This document shows positions 27,446-39,820 of a stretch of 64,000 nt of DNA, piece after piece. The first letter of the stretch is position 1; the number at the start of each line of letters is the position of its first letter. Location: positions 25,730,001 to 25,794,000 of the forward strand of contig OX597838.1 in the NCBI GenBank assembly GCA_951406725.2, given 5' to 3'. The notes under the pieces are model-generated. The model saw only the letters and a list, made by a program, of their open reading frames with translations, was not told the origin of the DNA and ran no database searches. A program made the translations under genes and the position numbers. This DNA comes from Octopus vulgaris. Lineage: Eukaryota.

Positions 27446-30120
27446 CATTCATTTTCTATACTGGCATAGGCTGGATAGCTTGACAGTAACTGGTAAGTCG
27501 AGGGGTCACACCAGGTTCCATAGTCCGTTTTGGCTTGGTTTTTACATCTGAATGCCCTTCCTAATGGCAATCACTCCACAAAGTGTACTAAGTACTTTTT
27601 ATGTGGTACCATCTCAGGTGGTTTTTAAGTAGCACCAACACTAGTGCTTTTTACATGGCTCCTAAAAAGTACTGGTATTAGTGTCACTTAAAAAGCACCT
27701 ATGATGGTGTCACATATATGTGTGTGTGTGTACACATACACATAGCAAGCTTTTGCCCAGTTTCTTTCTACCAAGTTCACTCAAAAGGTATTGATTGAGG
27801 CTATAGTAGTGAGTGTGTGTGTGTGTGTCTACTCTTATCTTGACATCACATCATGGTTGTAAATGAGCATCACTGTCATACAGGTGAGGTTGTTCATTTT
27901 CCAGTCTTCTGTGGGAAAACATGTCAGGACATGAGGAAAATATTAACCTTGCTTGGGAAGAAGCGAGGGTTGGTGACAGGAAGGGCACCGGAGCGTAGGA
28001 AATTTGCTTCAACAAATTCTGACCTATGCAAGCAAGCATGGAGAAGTGAACACCAAATGATGATGGTGGTGGTGGCGGCGGTGATTTTTGTGGTGGTGGT
28101 GGTGGCGGTGGTGATTTTTGTGGTTGTAGTGGTGGAAGTGATGATGATCGTTAGAACAAATTTTATACCAAGTGGAAGAAAAGAATCTTAGTATTTCAGA
28201 GGGAACTCTTTGTCATAAAAAAGGAGGGTAAAGAAAGAAATGTGCTAATTAATTTCTTCTTCATTACCAGATGGCAAAATAATTTGTCTGTCTGTCTGTC
28301 TCTCAAACTCTCTGTCTGTCTGTCTTTGTCTATCTGTTTCTCTCTCTCTCTCTCCTTCTCTTCCTGACTCAACATTCTGCTCCTCAAATCATTGAAACTT
28401 CTTTTCTTTCTCGTAGAATAAAACGTATTTATTCCACTGCTTCAGATATATTTGTGTTACCATTTGCCAACAAAACAGAGACGCAAAATGCTGCTGGTGG
28501 CTTCCATTTCTACCGATTCCTTATCTAATGTTAATATTGATTGTTTGCAGAGGGAGGATGTTCGATTGAGGAAATCACACAGCAGTCAGTAGCTGTCCAA
28601 TGAGATTAGAGAAGAGAAAAGAAGGAATGGTGGTGATGGTAGTGGTGGGGGAGTCTTTGAGTCAGCTGACTCTTTTGCGTGTGTGCATATGTGTGCATGT
28701 GCATGTATGTGATTTTGAGTTTGTGTATGATTGCGTGACATGTGTATGACTGTGTAAGTATTTTCTTGTGATTGTATGTGTGTGTTATGTGCTAGTTGTC
28801 ATGTGTATAGTATGTGCATGAAATTATGTGACTGTGTGTGTGTGTGTGTGTGTGTTATGTCTGAGTGTTGTGTAATTTCATATTTTGCATGCATGTACGT
28901 GAGTTGCATGTTTGTGTTGTATGCGTATGTGTGTGTATATGCGTATGTGTGTGTGTGTCTAGCTCCATTTCATCATAGACTGTGACACTGATACACACAC
29001 ACACACATACACTCTCACACATTCAAACACACTTGCAAACTCATTCACATACACACACACACACAATGACACTCACATACACGCTCTCACGTGTCCATGC
29101 ATTCACATAACACAAACACACACACAATGACACTCACATGCATGCTCTCACATGCACGTGCATTCACATAAGACACACACACACACACACTCACACATAC
29201 ACACACACTCTTACATCTACATACACTCACACACCTACAAGTAAAAATGGTTTAAGGAATATCATCATCATTTAATGCCTTCTTTTCCATTCCTGCTTGG
29301 GTCAGATGAAATTTGGCAGATTTTCTTGGCACGTAAAAGCACCATCCGATCATGGCCGTTTGCCAGCCTCGTCTGGCACCTGTGCTGGTGGCACGTAAAA
29401 AGCACCCACTACACTCATGGAGTGGTTGGCGTTAGGAAGGGCATCCAACCGTAGAAACATTGCCAGATCAGACTGGGCCTGGTGCAGCCTTCTGGCTTCC
29501 CTGACCCCAGTTGAACCGTCCAACCCATGCCAGCGTGGAAAGCGGACACTAAACGATGATGATGATGAAGATGATGAAGCTCTTCCAAACCTTGTCTGTC
29601 ACCAACCCTCACCGGTTCCCAGGCATATTTCCCCATGGGAAGATATACACTTTGCAAAAGACTGGAAAGGAACAATCTCACTTGTATAGCAATGATGCTC
29701 TTTTACCAACATCAAGTTACATCTAGACAAAGGGTACACACAAACATACACACACATATATAAACACACACACATATATATACTTAGACATAGATCCACA
29801 CTCAGCATGCCTTTTTCAGTTTCCAGCTATGAAATCCACTCTCATGGCTTTAGTTGTCTCAGGACTAGAGCAGAAAATACTTGCCCAAAGTGTCACACAT
29901 TGGGATTGAACTCAAAACCATGTGCTTGGGATGCAAACCTCTTACCACACAGCTTTGCCTGTACTCATAAAACACAATCTATGCTTGAAGCTTACTGGAT
30001 AATAATCTACCTGGAGCTCTAACACGTACAGTAGCAGTCATACATATAATTGTACACAGTGGATTGTTGGCAATTTTTTCCCTCAGTCTTCCTTTTCAGT
30101 TGGACTTACATCTGTCTCCT

Positions 30121-30155
30121 GTTTCTGAAGAAGAGCTTTGCTCGAAACATAAAAC
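30121..30155 (+). ncRNA. Minimal hammerhead ribozyme motif (core intact, stem III mutated)
   Basis: GTTT-CTGAAGA-A-GAGC-ttt-GCTC-GAAA-CATA-AAAC. Confidence 0.65.
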
Positions 30156-30585
30156 TAACTTTCTCAACTTCCCTGAGCATCTGTTAATACTTTGCATGTA
30201 CCATGTCCTCACGTCATTGATTTTTTTCTTCGTTTTTTTTTATTTATTAATTTTATATATATATAGGTGTAGGCATGGCTGTGTGGTAAGCAGCTTGCTT
30301 CCCAACCACATGGTTCCTGGTTCAGTCCCACTGCGTGGCACCTTGGGCAGGTATCTTCTACTATAGCTTCGACCAAATCCTTGTGAGTAGATTTGGTAGA
30401 TGAAAATTGAAAGAAGCGCATCATGTGTATTGATATATATATATATATATATATATAGTATCAAGTAAAGGTAATAAACCTCTTATATATATTTAGTGGG
30501 AATTTATAGAAAAACAAAAGACGAAGACAAGTGTATGAACAACAAGCAAGTGTATTAGTTTGACGCTCGAGAAAAATGAACAAGT

Positions 30586-30621
30586 CTTTTATGTTTTGAG
30601 CGTACGCTCTTCAATAGAAAG
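30586..30621 (-). ncRNA. Degenerate hammerhead motif, variant core
   Basis: Reverse complement CTTT-CTATTGA-A-GAGC-gtac-GCTC-AAAA-CATA-AAAG. Confidence 0.5.
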
Positions 30622-30706
30622 GAATAAGGGAAAATAAACAGAAAGAGAATGAAAAAAACTTGTAGATTTCAGTGGTCCAGCTTGGTGAATATATATATAT
30701 ATATAT

Positions 30707-30897
30707 AAAAATAAATATAAGAGAATGGTCACTATGTGGCTCATTCTAGCACTAGAAAATCCAAAAGGTTTCAACCACAAAAATACATGTTTCACATGAA
30801 AGTCAGTACGATTGTTAGCTCACACGAACAGGGCAAATAAAAAATAACAAAAATACAGATTGAGCCACATAGTGACCATTCTCTTATATTTATTTTT
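30707..30897. repeat. MITE-like element with 37-bp perfect terminal inverted repeats, next to (TA)n
   Basis: AAAAATAAATATAAGAGAATGGTCACTATGTGGCTCA and its reverse complement. Confidence 0.85.
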
Positions 30898-31694
30898 GTA
30901 TAAAATATTAGAATATATTATAAAATATTATAATAATCCAGGTTTCTCGAGGCACTGGGCCACTTGGTGTTGAATGGACATACTATTAAATTAGTATCTA
31001 ATTCTCTCACCCTTATTAATTAATTATATATATATATATATATAATAATATGAGGGAATATTATTCCAAACTTACAGGGAAAAATTCAATTTAGAAATAC
31101 TAAATCAAATTTCATAAAATATAAAATATATATATATATATATATGTTTGTGTATGTCTGTGCTTATGACCCCATAGCCTTGTGGTTCAGCAAAAAAGAC
31201 TGATAGAATAAGTATTAGGCTTACAAAGAATAAATCGTGGGGTTGATTTCTTCGACTACAACCCATTAAGGTAGTGTTCCAGCATGGCCACAGTCAAATG
31301 ACTGAAGCAAATAAAAGAATAAAAGAATATATATATGTATATGTGTATCATCATCATCATCATATATATATATATATAAATTTGGTAAAACAAATACAGA
31401 AAACAGAACTCAAAACATGAGTGTAGATATATTAATATTATTAACATTTAGTAGAAGCAACAGAATGACTCAAGGGCCAAGAGTTTTACGCATTAGCACT
31501 TATCAAACTTTGACACAAGGCCAACAATTTTAGGGAAGGGTGTAAGTCGATTTATTTTATCCACCTCATAAGGATGAAAGGGAAAATCAACCTTGGTGGA
31601 ATTTGAACTCAGAATACGAAGACAGATGAAATGCCACTAAGCATTTTGCCTGGCATGCTAACAAATATGCCCGCTCATTGCCTTCTTGATAATG

Positions 31695-31766
<72 letters not shown>

Positions 31767-32519
31767 TCATATACACACATATATTTCTATATATCCATGT
31801 GTTTGTATGTATATGTGTATATATATATGTATGTGTGTGTGCATGTGTGTATTTATATGTGTGTGTGTCTATATATGTATGTGTGTGTGCATGCATATGT
31901 GTGTGTGTGTATTTTTTTGCAAACAACCTGCAGATGCAAGTGCTACTAGGTGAAAGCTTTGCCTGCCGGACACTAGCAAGTTTATGGGGATCATCAGGAG
32001 ATGTAATCTAATCTGATGGTTTCTAAATATATACATTCTTATATATGTACTGGGTTGAGACAAGTGCAACTGCTACACTAAACTCAGCCAAACAATGACG
32101 ACCACTTGACTTTTCCACCCATTTCCTAAATAACAAAACTTTTAAGACAATAGGTGCTGATTGTGAAGAAAAATCAAAACAGGTTTGTTTACTTCAATAC
32201 ATTTTTTCAGCTACGCCTCACAGCTTTACTAAATATAATTAATTGTTTTTTTTTATATTTTTGCATTAATTGCATTTATTTTAATTAATACTATGTAAAA
32301 GTATACAATATAGGTTTCAAATTTTGGCACAGGGCCAGCAATTTTAAGGGAAAAGCCAACCAGGCAGAAGCCTGCACCAGACTTCTGTGACTGTTCTGGC
32401 AGGATTTTTACAGCTGGATGCCCTTCCTAACCACCCAGCAGAGTGGACTGAGTGCTTTTTGCATGGCACAAGCACGGGCGAGGTCAGATTTGGCAAGGTT
32501 TTTACAGCTTTTTTCAACG

Positions 32520-32741
32520 ATTGACATGGCTCAGAAAGATTGATACAAATGTACAGCTAGAACACCTACAAAAATCAGCATTGCTTGGAACTGCAAGAAT
32601 TCTTTGCAGGGTTCTTGAAGCATGACCAGTAAACAAACGTTGCCTTAGTTTGCTGGCTATGGACAGCTGACACTTTCCATCATACCCAGCAAAATTAGCT
32701 GTGAGTTTTCATCAAATAATAATAATAATAATAATAATAAT
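32520..32741 (+). mobile_element. R4/Dong-like element 3' end with (AAT)n tail
   Basis: LQKSALLGTARILCRVLEA* followed by a short UTR and (AAT)n; a second AAT-tailed fragment follows, to ~32900. Confidence 0.65.
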
Positions 32742-33219
32742 TAAGAGGAATTCTTTGGGCTTTGAATAATTCACCTGATGTACCCTTATCAGACAGGTAG
32801 TCATGATGGGTATATTGGACTTCATATATTTGTACCACCGTGTCACTTTGAAGGCATGCACTGCTCTCTCACTCAATAATAATAATAATAATAATAATAA
32901 TGATATAATGGTTTCAAATTTTGGCACAAGGCCAACAGTTGTGGGGAAGGGGATAAGTCAATTACATTGACCCCAGAACTGAACTGGTACTTATTTTATC
33001 AAGTATGAAAGGCAAAGTTAACCTTGGCAGCGTATGAACTCAGAATGTAAAGAGCTGGAACAAATGCTGTTGCAAGCAAAAATAAATATTGATAAAGAAA
33101 CACATTTGGCTAAATTTGAATATACAACAGTTTAACATAACAGCAACCATTGGTTTTACAGATCAGATGCCAACTGACATATCTAATACATCTTACCAAT
33201 ATTATATCTGTACATAAGT

Positions 33220-34455
33220 CATATTCTCAGAAAGATATCCTTGCTCCTCACAGATGTATTCACACAGGTGAGAAACCATATCATTATGATATCTGTGGTA
33301 ATTCATTCTCTCCAAAAATTAACTTAACTACACAAACGTATTCATTCTGGAGAGAAACCTTATCACTGTCACATCTGTGGTCAATGATTCCTTCAAAAAG
33401 GTGTACTTACGACACACAAACGCACACATACAGGAGAAAAACCATATCATTGTGATATCTGGAAAATCATATCACTGTGAAATCTGTAGAAAATCATTCA
33501 CTCAAAATAATTTCTTAACTGTACACAAACTCATTCATACAGGGGAAAAAAACCCATCTTATTGCGATTCCCTCTCTTTGGGAGAGGCACAAGCACCTAC
33601 ACGCACATATACACACAAGGCAGTAACTTCCGCCTACCGAATTCAATCACAAAGCTTCGGTCAGCTCGGGGCTATAGCAAAAGACACCTGCCCAAAGTGC
33701 CACGCAGTGGGACTGAACCTGAAACCACTTAGCTAGGAAGCAAGCTCCCTAACCACACAGCCATGATATCTGTGGAAAATCATTCTTTGAAACTGGTCCC
33801 TTCACTAAACATAAATGCACTCATACAGGAGAGAAGCCGTATCACTGTGACATCTGTAGTAAATCATTCTCTGTTAATGCATTGTGTCTTAAACAGACAC
33901 AAATGCATTCATATTGGAGAGAAGCCATATAGTTGTGATATCTGTGGTAAATCATTCTCCAAAACTGATCCCTTAACTAAGAGGAGAAAACCATATCAGT
34001 GTGATATCTGTCATAAATCTTTCTCCTGAAGTGATTCTTTAACCACTCGCAAATACAGTCATACTGGAGAAAAACAATATCAGTGTCATATCTGTGGCAA
34101 ACCATTCATTGAAACTTCTCACTTAACTAAACATATACACAAGCGTACAGGAGAGAGACACTGTGACGAGTCATTCTCTAGGAATGATTCCTTTAACTAC
34201 ACACAAACACATTCATACTGGACAAAAACCATATCAAAAGCCATAATATGTGTGCTAAATCATTCTCTCAAAGCAATTCTTTGATTAAACACAAACACGT
34301 TCAGGCAGAAGAGAAACAATATCGGTGCGATATCTGTGGTAAATCATTCCCTCATAAAGCACAATTTACTACACATGCATCAAATCGTACAGAAGAGTAA
34401 CAATATCATTGTATGAAACACTTTGTATTACAATAGATATATTCACATAGAGAAA
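33220..34455 (+). pseudogene. Degenerate tandem C2H2 zinc-finger array
   Basis: Repeated HTGEKPY[10 protein letters not shown] motifs in shifting frames, with stops; interrupted by a SINE fragment at ~33560-33762. Confidence 0.9.
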
Positions 34456-34904
34456 AAAGCCCTGAGTCCACACTGTAGAGTGGTTGGCATTTGGAAGGGC
34501 ATCCAGTTGTAAAAATCATGCCAAAATAGACACAGTAGCCTGGGGTAGTCTTCTACCTCGCCAGCTCCTGTCAACCGTCCTACCCATGCATGCGTGAAAG
34601 ACAGATGTTAAACGATGTTGATTGTTTTTGATATACATGTATAGGGTGTTTGAAATGGTGTACAGATATTGCATGTTAAGAAAAAATAGGCAGTCAGAAT
34701 TTTGGATAATTCTTTATTAGCACTTTTGTTCATTTAACCAAACTCTTCAAGCAAAATTGAACCAAAATATTTTGGATCAATTTTCCTTAAAGAGTTCAGT
34801 TAATCCAAAATCCTGACTGCCCCCTTTTTCTTAATATATATATATGATAGATCGCTAGCCACTAAAACTTTTTCTATTTTCTCTCCCTGTTTATTTCTGT
34901 GTTC

Positions 34905-34940
34905 CTTTCTGTTGAAGAGCATAGGCTCAAAACGTTAAAG
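34905..34940 (+). ncRNA. Degenerate hammerhead motif, CUGUUGA variant
   Basis: CTTT-CTGTTGA-A-GAGC-atag-GCTC-AAAA-CGTT-AAAG; stem I covaries (CTTT/AAAG). Confidence 0.55.
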
Positions 34941-37224
34941 ACTTTCTCACTTCCCAAGCATTAAACTAACACATCTGTTTGTTGTTTACACATCCATCTT
35001 CGTGTTTTTGTATTTTTTTTTTGTAAATTCTCACTATATATATGCAAATAGATACAGATTTATACAAACCATATTATCTGTACAAATAAGAGAGACAAAA
35101 ATGAAGTGAAAAGCCAAAAGAGAAATGTCCCAGTTAACGTATAAGAGAAGAAATAAAAAAGAAATAGAACAGAGGCATAATTAAATGTGTTTACATATCA
35201 AATGAATGATACATTAAATAGCTTAGAATTAAACAGAGATAGACAAGTAAACATTTTATGTATATAATGGGCACAAGTATGGCTTTGTGGTTAACTGGTT
35301 TCTTTCCCAACCACATGGTCTTATGTTCAAGTCCCACTTCATAGCACCTTGAACAAGTGTTTTTTTTTATTGTAGCTCTGGGACCAATCAAAGCCTTGTG
35401 AGTGGATTTGGTAGATAGAAACTGTGTAGAAGCTCATTATGTGTGTGTATGCATGGATGTATGTGAGCATGTGTATTCGTCTCCTTGTCTATACACTGCA
35501 TGATAGTTGTAAATGAGTGTCACTGTCATACAAGCATGTGGAGGCACATGGCTAAGTGGTTAAGGAGTTGGACTCATGATTGTATGGTTGCAGTTTCGAT
35601 TCTTGGACCAGGTGATGTGTTCTTGAGCAAGACACTTCATTTCATGTTGCTCCAGTCCACTCAGCTGGCAAAAATGAGTAGCCCTGTAAGGGACTGGTGT
35701 CCCATCTCGGTGGGGAATATATACGCCATGAAACTGGGAAACCAGCCCTTGTGAGTCGGTATGACTTGGGAAGGTAACTTTACTTTACAAGCAGTATCAT
35801 GCCTTTACAATATTTTGCAAGCACATGTGTGGGCATCGGGAAGTATTAGCTTGCTTGGAAACAGGTAAGGGTTGGCACTACAAAGGGCATCAATCTGTGG
35901 AAAATCTGCCTGAATACCCTCAGTCCGACGCATACAAGCAGGAAGAAGTGGATGTTAATTGATGATGAAAACAATGATAATACATGGCTCAGTGGTTAGG
36001 GTGTTGGGCTCACAATCATGAGGTAGTAAGTTCGATTCCTGGACCGGGCTGTGTTTTGTTTTGAGCTAGACACTATATTTCGCATTGCTCCTGTTCACTC
36101 AGCTGTAGATATGTGTTGTAACATCACTGGTACCATCTGTATCTTCTTTTTCTGTTGGATAATATTGGTGGCATGGAGAGGATGGGTGACTACTGGTCTT
36201 CCATAAACAACCTTGTCCGGACTTGTGCCTCAGAGGGAAACATTCTAGGGGCAATCCCATGGTCATTCATGATAAAAGGGGGCCCTAGAATATTAGATAC
36301 CTACAGGTCAAATATAATAGAACTGTTCCATGATCAAAGCATTCCAGCCATGACCATCTACTTTTAATTTCAGGACTAATGTATGACAACTACTTTATCA
36401 CATGACATCATTTTATAAACCAGTGAGGTCTTGATTTGAATTGATGTGATTCTGAGGGAGATGTGATTACCATGTCTAGTAGATGGCGTGGCCATAAACA
36501 GGCTTATTGTATTTGTTATTTTTTTTTATTGCCCACAAGGGGCTAAACATAGAGGGGACAAACAAGGACAGACAAAGGGATTAAGTCGATTACATCGACC
36601 CCAGTGCGTAACTGGTACTTATTTAATTGACCCCGAGAGGATGAAAGGCAAAGTCGACCTTGGCGGAATTTGAACTCAGAATGTAACGGCAGACAAAATA
36701 CCACTAAGCATTTTGCCCGGCGTGCTAACGTTTCTGCCAGCTCGCCACCATAAAGGCTTATTGTATTTGTGCGTTTGAAAGGAATTGATCAGGCGTCAGT
36801 ATTCATATAGAGAACCTATTTAGTAATTGTTGAAGGGGGCACCCATTTGTCATGCACGAGAGTGTCATACACACATGCCACCACCATCATCTCCTCACTC
36901 CCTCAAAATAATTAGTGAAAATTGCTGCTGTTATCTATATCTGGGGTTTATATTTGCATCAATTAATGACAGAAGTTGCATGAACTAGAATTGGGTGGGT
37001 GACTGTGATGGTGGTGGTGGTGATGGTAGTGGTGATTGTGGTTGTGGTGGTGGTGATGATGGCTGTGATGGTGGTGGTGATTGTGATGGTAGTAGTGGTG
37101 GTGGTGATGATGGCAGTGATGGTGGTGGTTATGGTAGTGGTATTCTTGTTGCGGTTCAGTTCCAAGTTAGGTACGATATACCAACCCTTTAATCAAACAC
37201 ATTATTTGTATTACTCTCTTTTAC

Positions 37225-37394
37225 TCTTTGACTTGTTTCTGTCATTTAACTGTGGCCATGCTGGAGCACCGCCTTTAGTCGAACAAATTGACCCCAGGAC
37301 TTATTCTATTGGTCTTTTTTGCCGAACTGATAAGTTACGGGGACGTAAATACACCAGCATCAGTTGTCAAGCGATGTTGGGGGGACAAACACAG

Positions 37395-37441
<47 letters not shown>

Positions 37442-37597
37442 ACAGGCTTCTTTCAGTTTCCGTCTACCAAATCCACTCACAAGGCTTTGGTTGGTCCAAG
37501 GCTATAGTAGAAGACACTTGCCCAAGGTACCACGCAGTGGGACTGAACCTGGAACCATGTGGCTGGTAAGCAAGCTACTTACCACACAGCCACTCCT
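37225..37597 (-). mobile_element. SINE family 1
   Basis: Reverse-complement copy. Confidence 0.88.
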
Positions 37598-38438
37598 AAT
37601 ATCCACCAGCACCACCATTACTATTGCAGCCTGTACTACCATCATCTCCACTCTAGCTTTACTCCACACTACCTTGACCATTACCACCACAACCATTACC
37701 ATCAACACCACTTTCACCACAACCATTACCATCAACACCACTTTCACCACAACCATTACTATCAACACCATCACTGCCTCACTACACCACCAACATTATC
37801 ATCAACACCGCCATCATTGCTCCACTACACCACCACCACCATCACTGACTCACTACACCACTAACATTACCATAAACACTGCCATCACTATGCCTCTACA
37901 CCACAAACACCATTACCATCATCACCACAACTATTACCATCACCAGCACTACACCATCACCACCACTACGACCATTACCATCACACCACCTTCACTACAA
38001 CCATTACCACCACCACTGCCACTGTCCCACCACACCACTATCACTGTCACCATCACTTCCACCAGTCATGCCACATGCTGTTACCATCAATACCACCCTT
38101 AATTCTACAGAACCAACTCTATCTTATCTGTTTTTGGATATTAATCCAGTGATTGTTAGGATGTTCAGCTTATAACCTTACTGAGAAGGACATGGACACA
38201 CAGACACACACATTCATATTTACAAACAGGCAACACATACAGAGGCAACAAACACACACACATGAACATAAGCATGCATATTCACACACATGCATGCATG
38301 CACACACACAGTCATGCATTTGCACAAACAGAAATGTGCATAATCAAACTCACCACTACCCTCATCTCTCCACTCTCTCTTCACATGTATACACTCACAC
38401 ACACACAGTATCACAGACACACACATACAGACATGCAG

Positions 38439-38475
<37 letters not shown>

Positions 38476-38532
38476 CACAAGCACACATAGACATGCATAC
38501 TGCAACACACAAACACATGTATACTCATTCAT

Positions 38533-38564
<32 letters not shown>

Positions 38565-38824
38565 GCAGGCCTGGATTAACCATTAAACATGATTTAAACT
38601 CTCAATGGAAAGAGATAACATGAAGGTTTACATTTGTTTTTCTTTTTGTTTGGTGCCAAATTTTCTGCAATACAAAGGATAAATTACAAGTTAGATATTA
38701 AACGAATAAAACTTGTTGAAAATTTGCATATTTTTCATGATGACCAATTAGTAAATAAATAACTTATTTATCTTACACACCATTAAAGCCGCAAGCTGGT
38801 AGAGTCATTGGCCTGCTGGACAGG

Positions 38825-39186
38825 GTGTGCGTTTGTGTGTCGTAAGTACACCTTTTTGAAGGAATCATTGACCACAGATGTGACAGTGATAAGGTTTCTC
38901 TCCAGAATGAATACGTTTGTGTAGTTAAGTTAATTTTTGGAGAGAATGAATTACCACAGATATCATAATGATATGGTTTTTCACCTGTGTGAATACATCT
39001 GTGAGGAGCAAGGATATCTTTCTGAGAATATGACTTATGTACAGATATAATATTGGTAAGATGTATTAGATATGTCAGTTGGCATCTGATCTGTAAAACC
39101 AATGGTTGCTGTTATGTTAAACTGTTGTATATTCAAATTTAGCCAAATGTGTTTCTTTATCAATATTTATTTTTGCTTGCAACAGC
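38825..39186 (-). repeat. Inverted near-identical copy of 33066-33427 (5' part of the ZNF pseudogene)
   Basis: ORFs 33150(+) and 39102(-) translate identically for ~95 aa; 362 bp each; one substitution noticed. Confidence 0.95.
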
Positions 39187-39820
39187 CTGTTCTTTTGATC
39201 AAACTATCGTATCTCCAGCTGCTTCAGATGCCAAGATATCAAAAATTGTCAAAGTGTAGAACAACAGTTTTGCTATGGAATAGCAAAAGTATTTTTATGT
39301 TTTCTGAAAAAGCAACCTTTTTTTACTTATGACACTTTTGCATAATAGCAACAATATACAAATATATATATATATATACATACACACATATCTTTTATCT
39401 TTTACTTGCGTTAGTCATTGGGTTGTTGCAGTAATGCTGGAGCACTGCCCTGAAGGGTTTAGTCAAACAAATTGGGCTCAGTACTTATTTTACAGTCTTC
39501 TACTTACTTATTCTATTGTTATCTTTTGTCAAACAGCTAAGTTTTAGTGGTGTAAACAAACTAACAGTGATTGTCAAGTGATAGTGGAGGACAAACACAA
39601 ACATAAAGACATATGGGCTTCTTTCAGTTTCCGTCTATCAAATCCACTCACAATGCTTAGCTTGGCCTAGGGTTATAGTAGAAGACATTTGATGAAGGTG
39701 CCACACATTGGGACTGAACCTGGAACTGTGTACCTGGGAAACAAACTTCTTACCACACAGCCACACTTGTGACTAAATATATATATATATATATATATTA
39801 GTCTCCAATAAATATATATA

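Noticed and set aside
31928-32007. Possible minus-strand exon ITSPDDPHKLASVRQAKLSPSSTCIC (similar candidates at ~63260-63320 and ~24800-24896)
   Set aside because: Weak splice sites and ambiguous phase; cannot be supported without transcript data.
36999-38102. 367-aa ORF
   Set aside because: Chimeric read-through of low-complexity tracts and a SINE.
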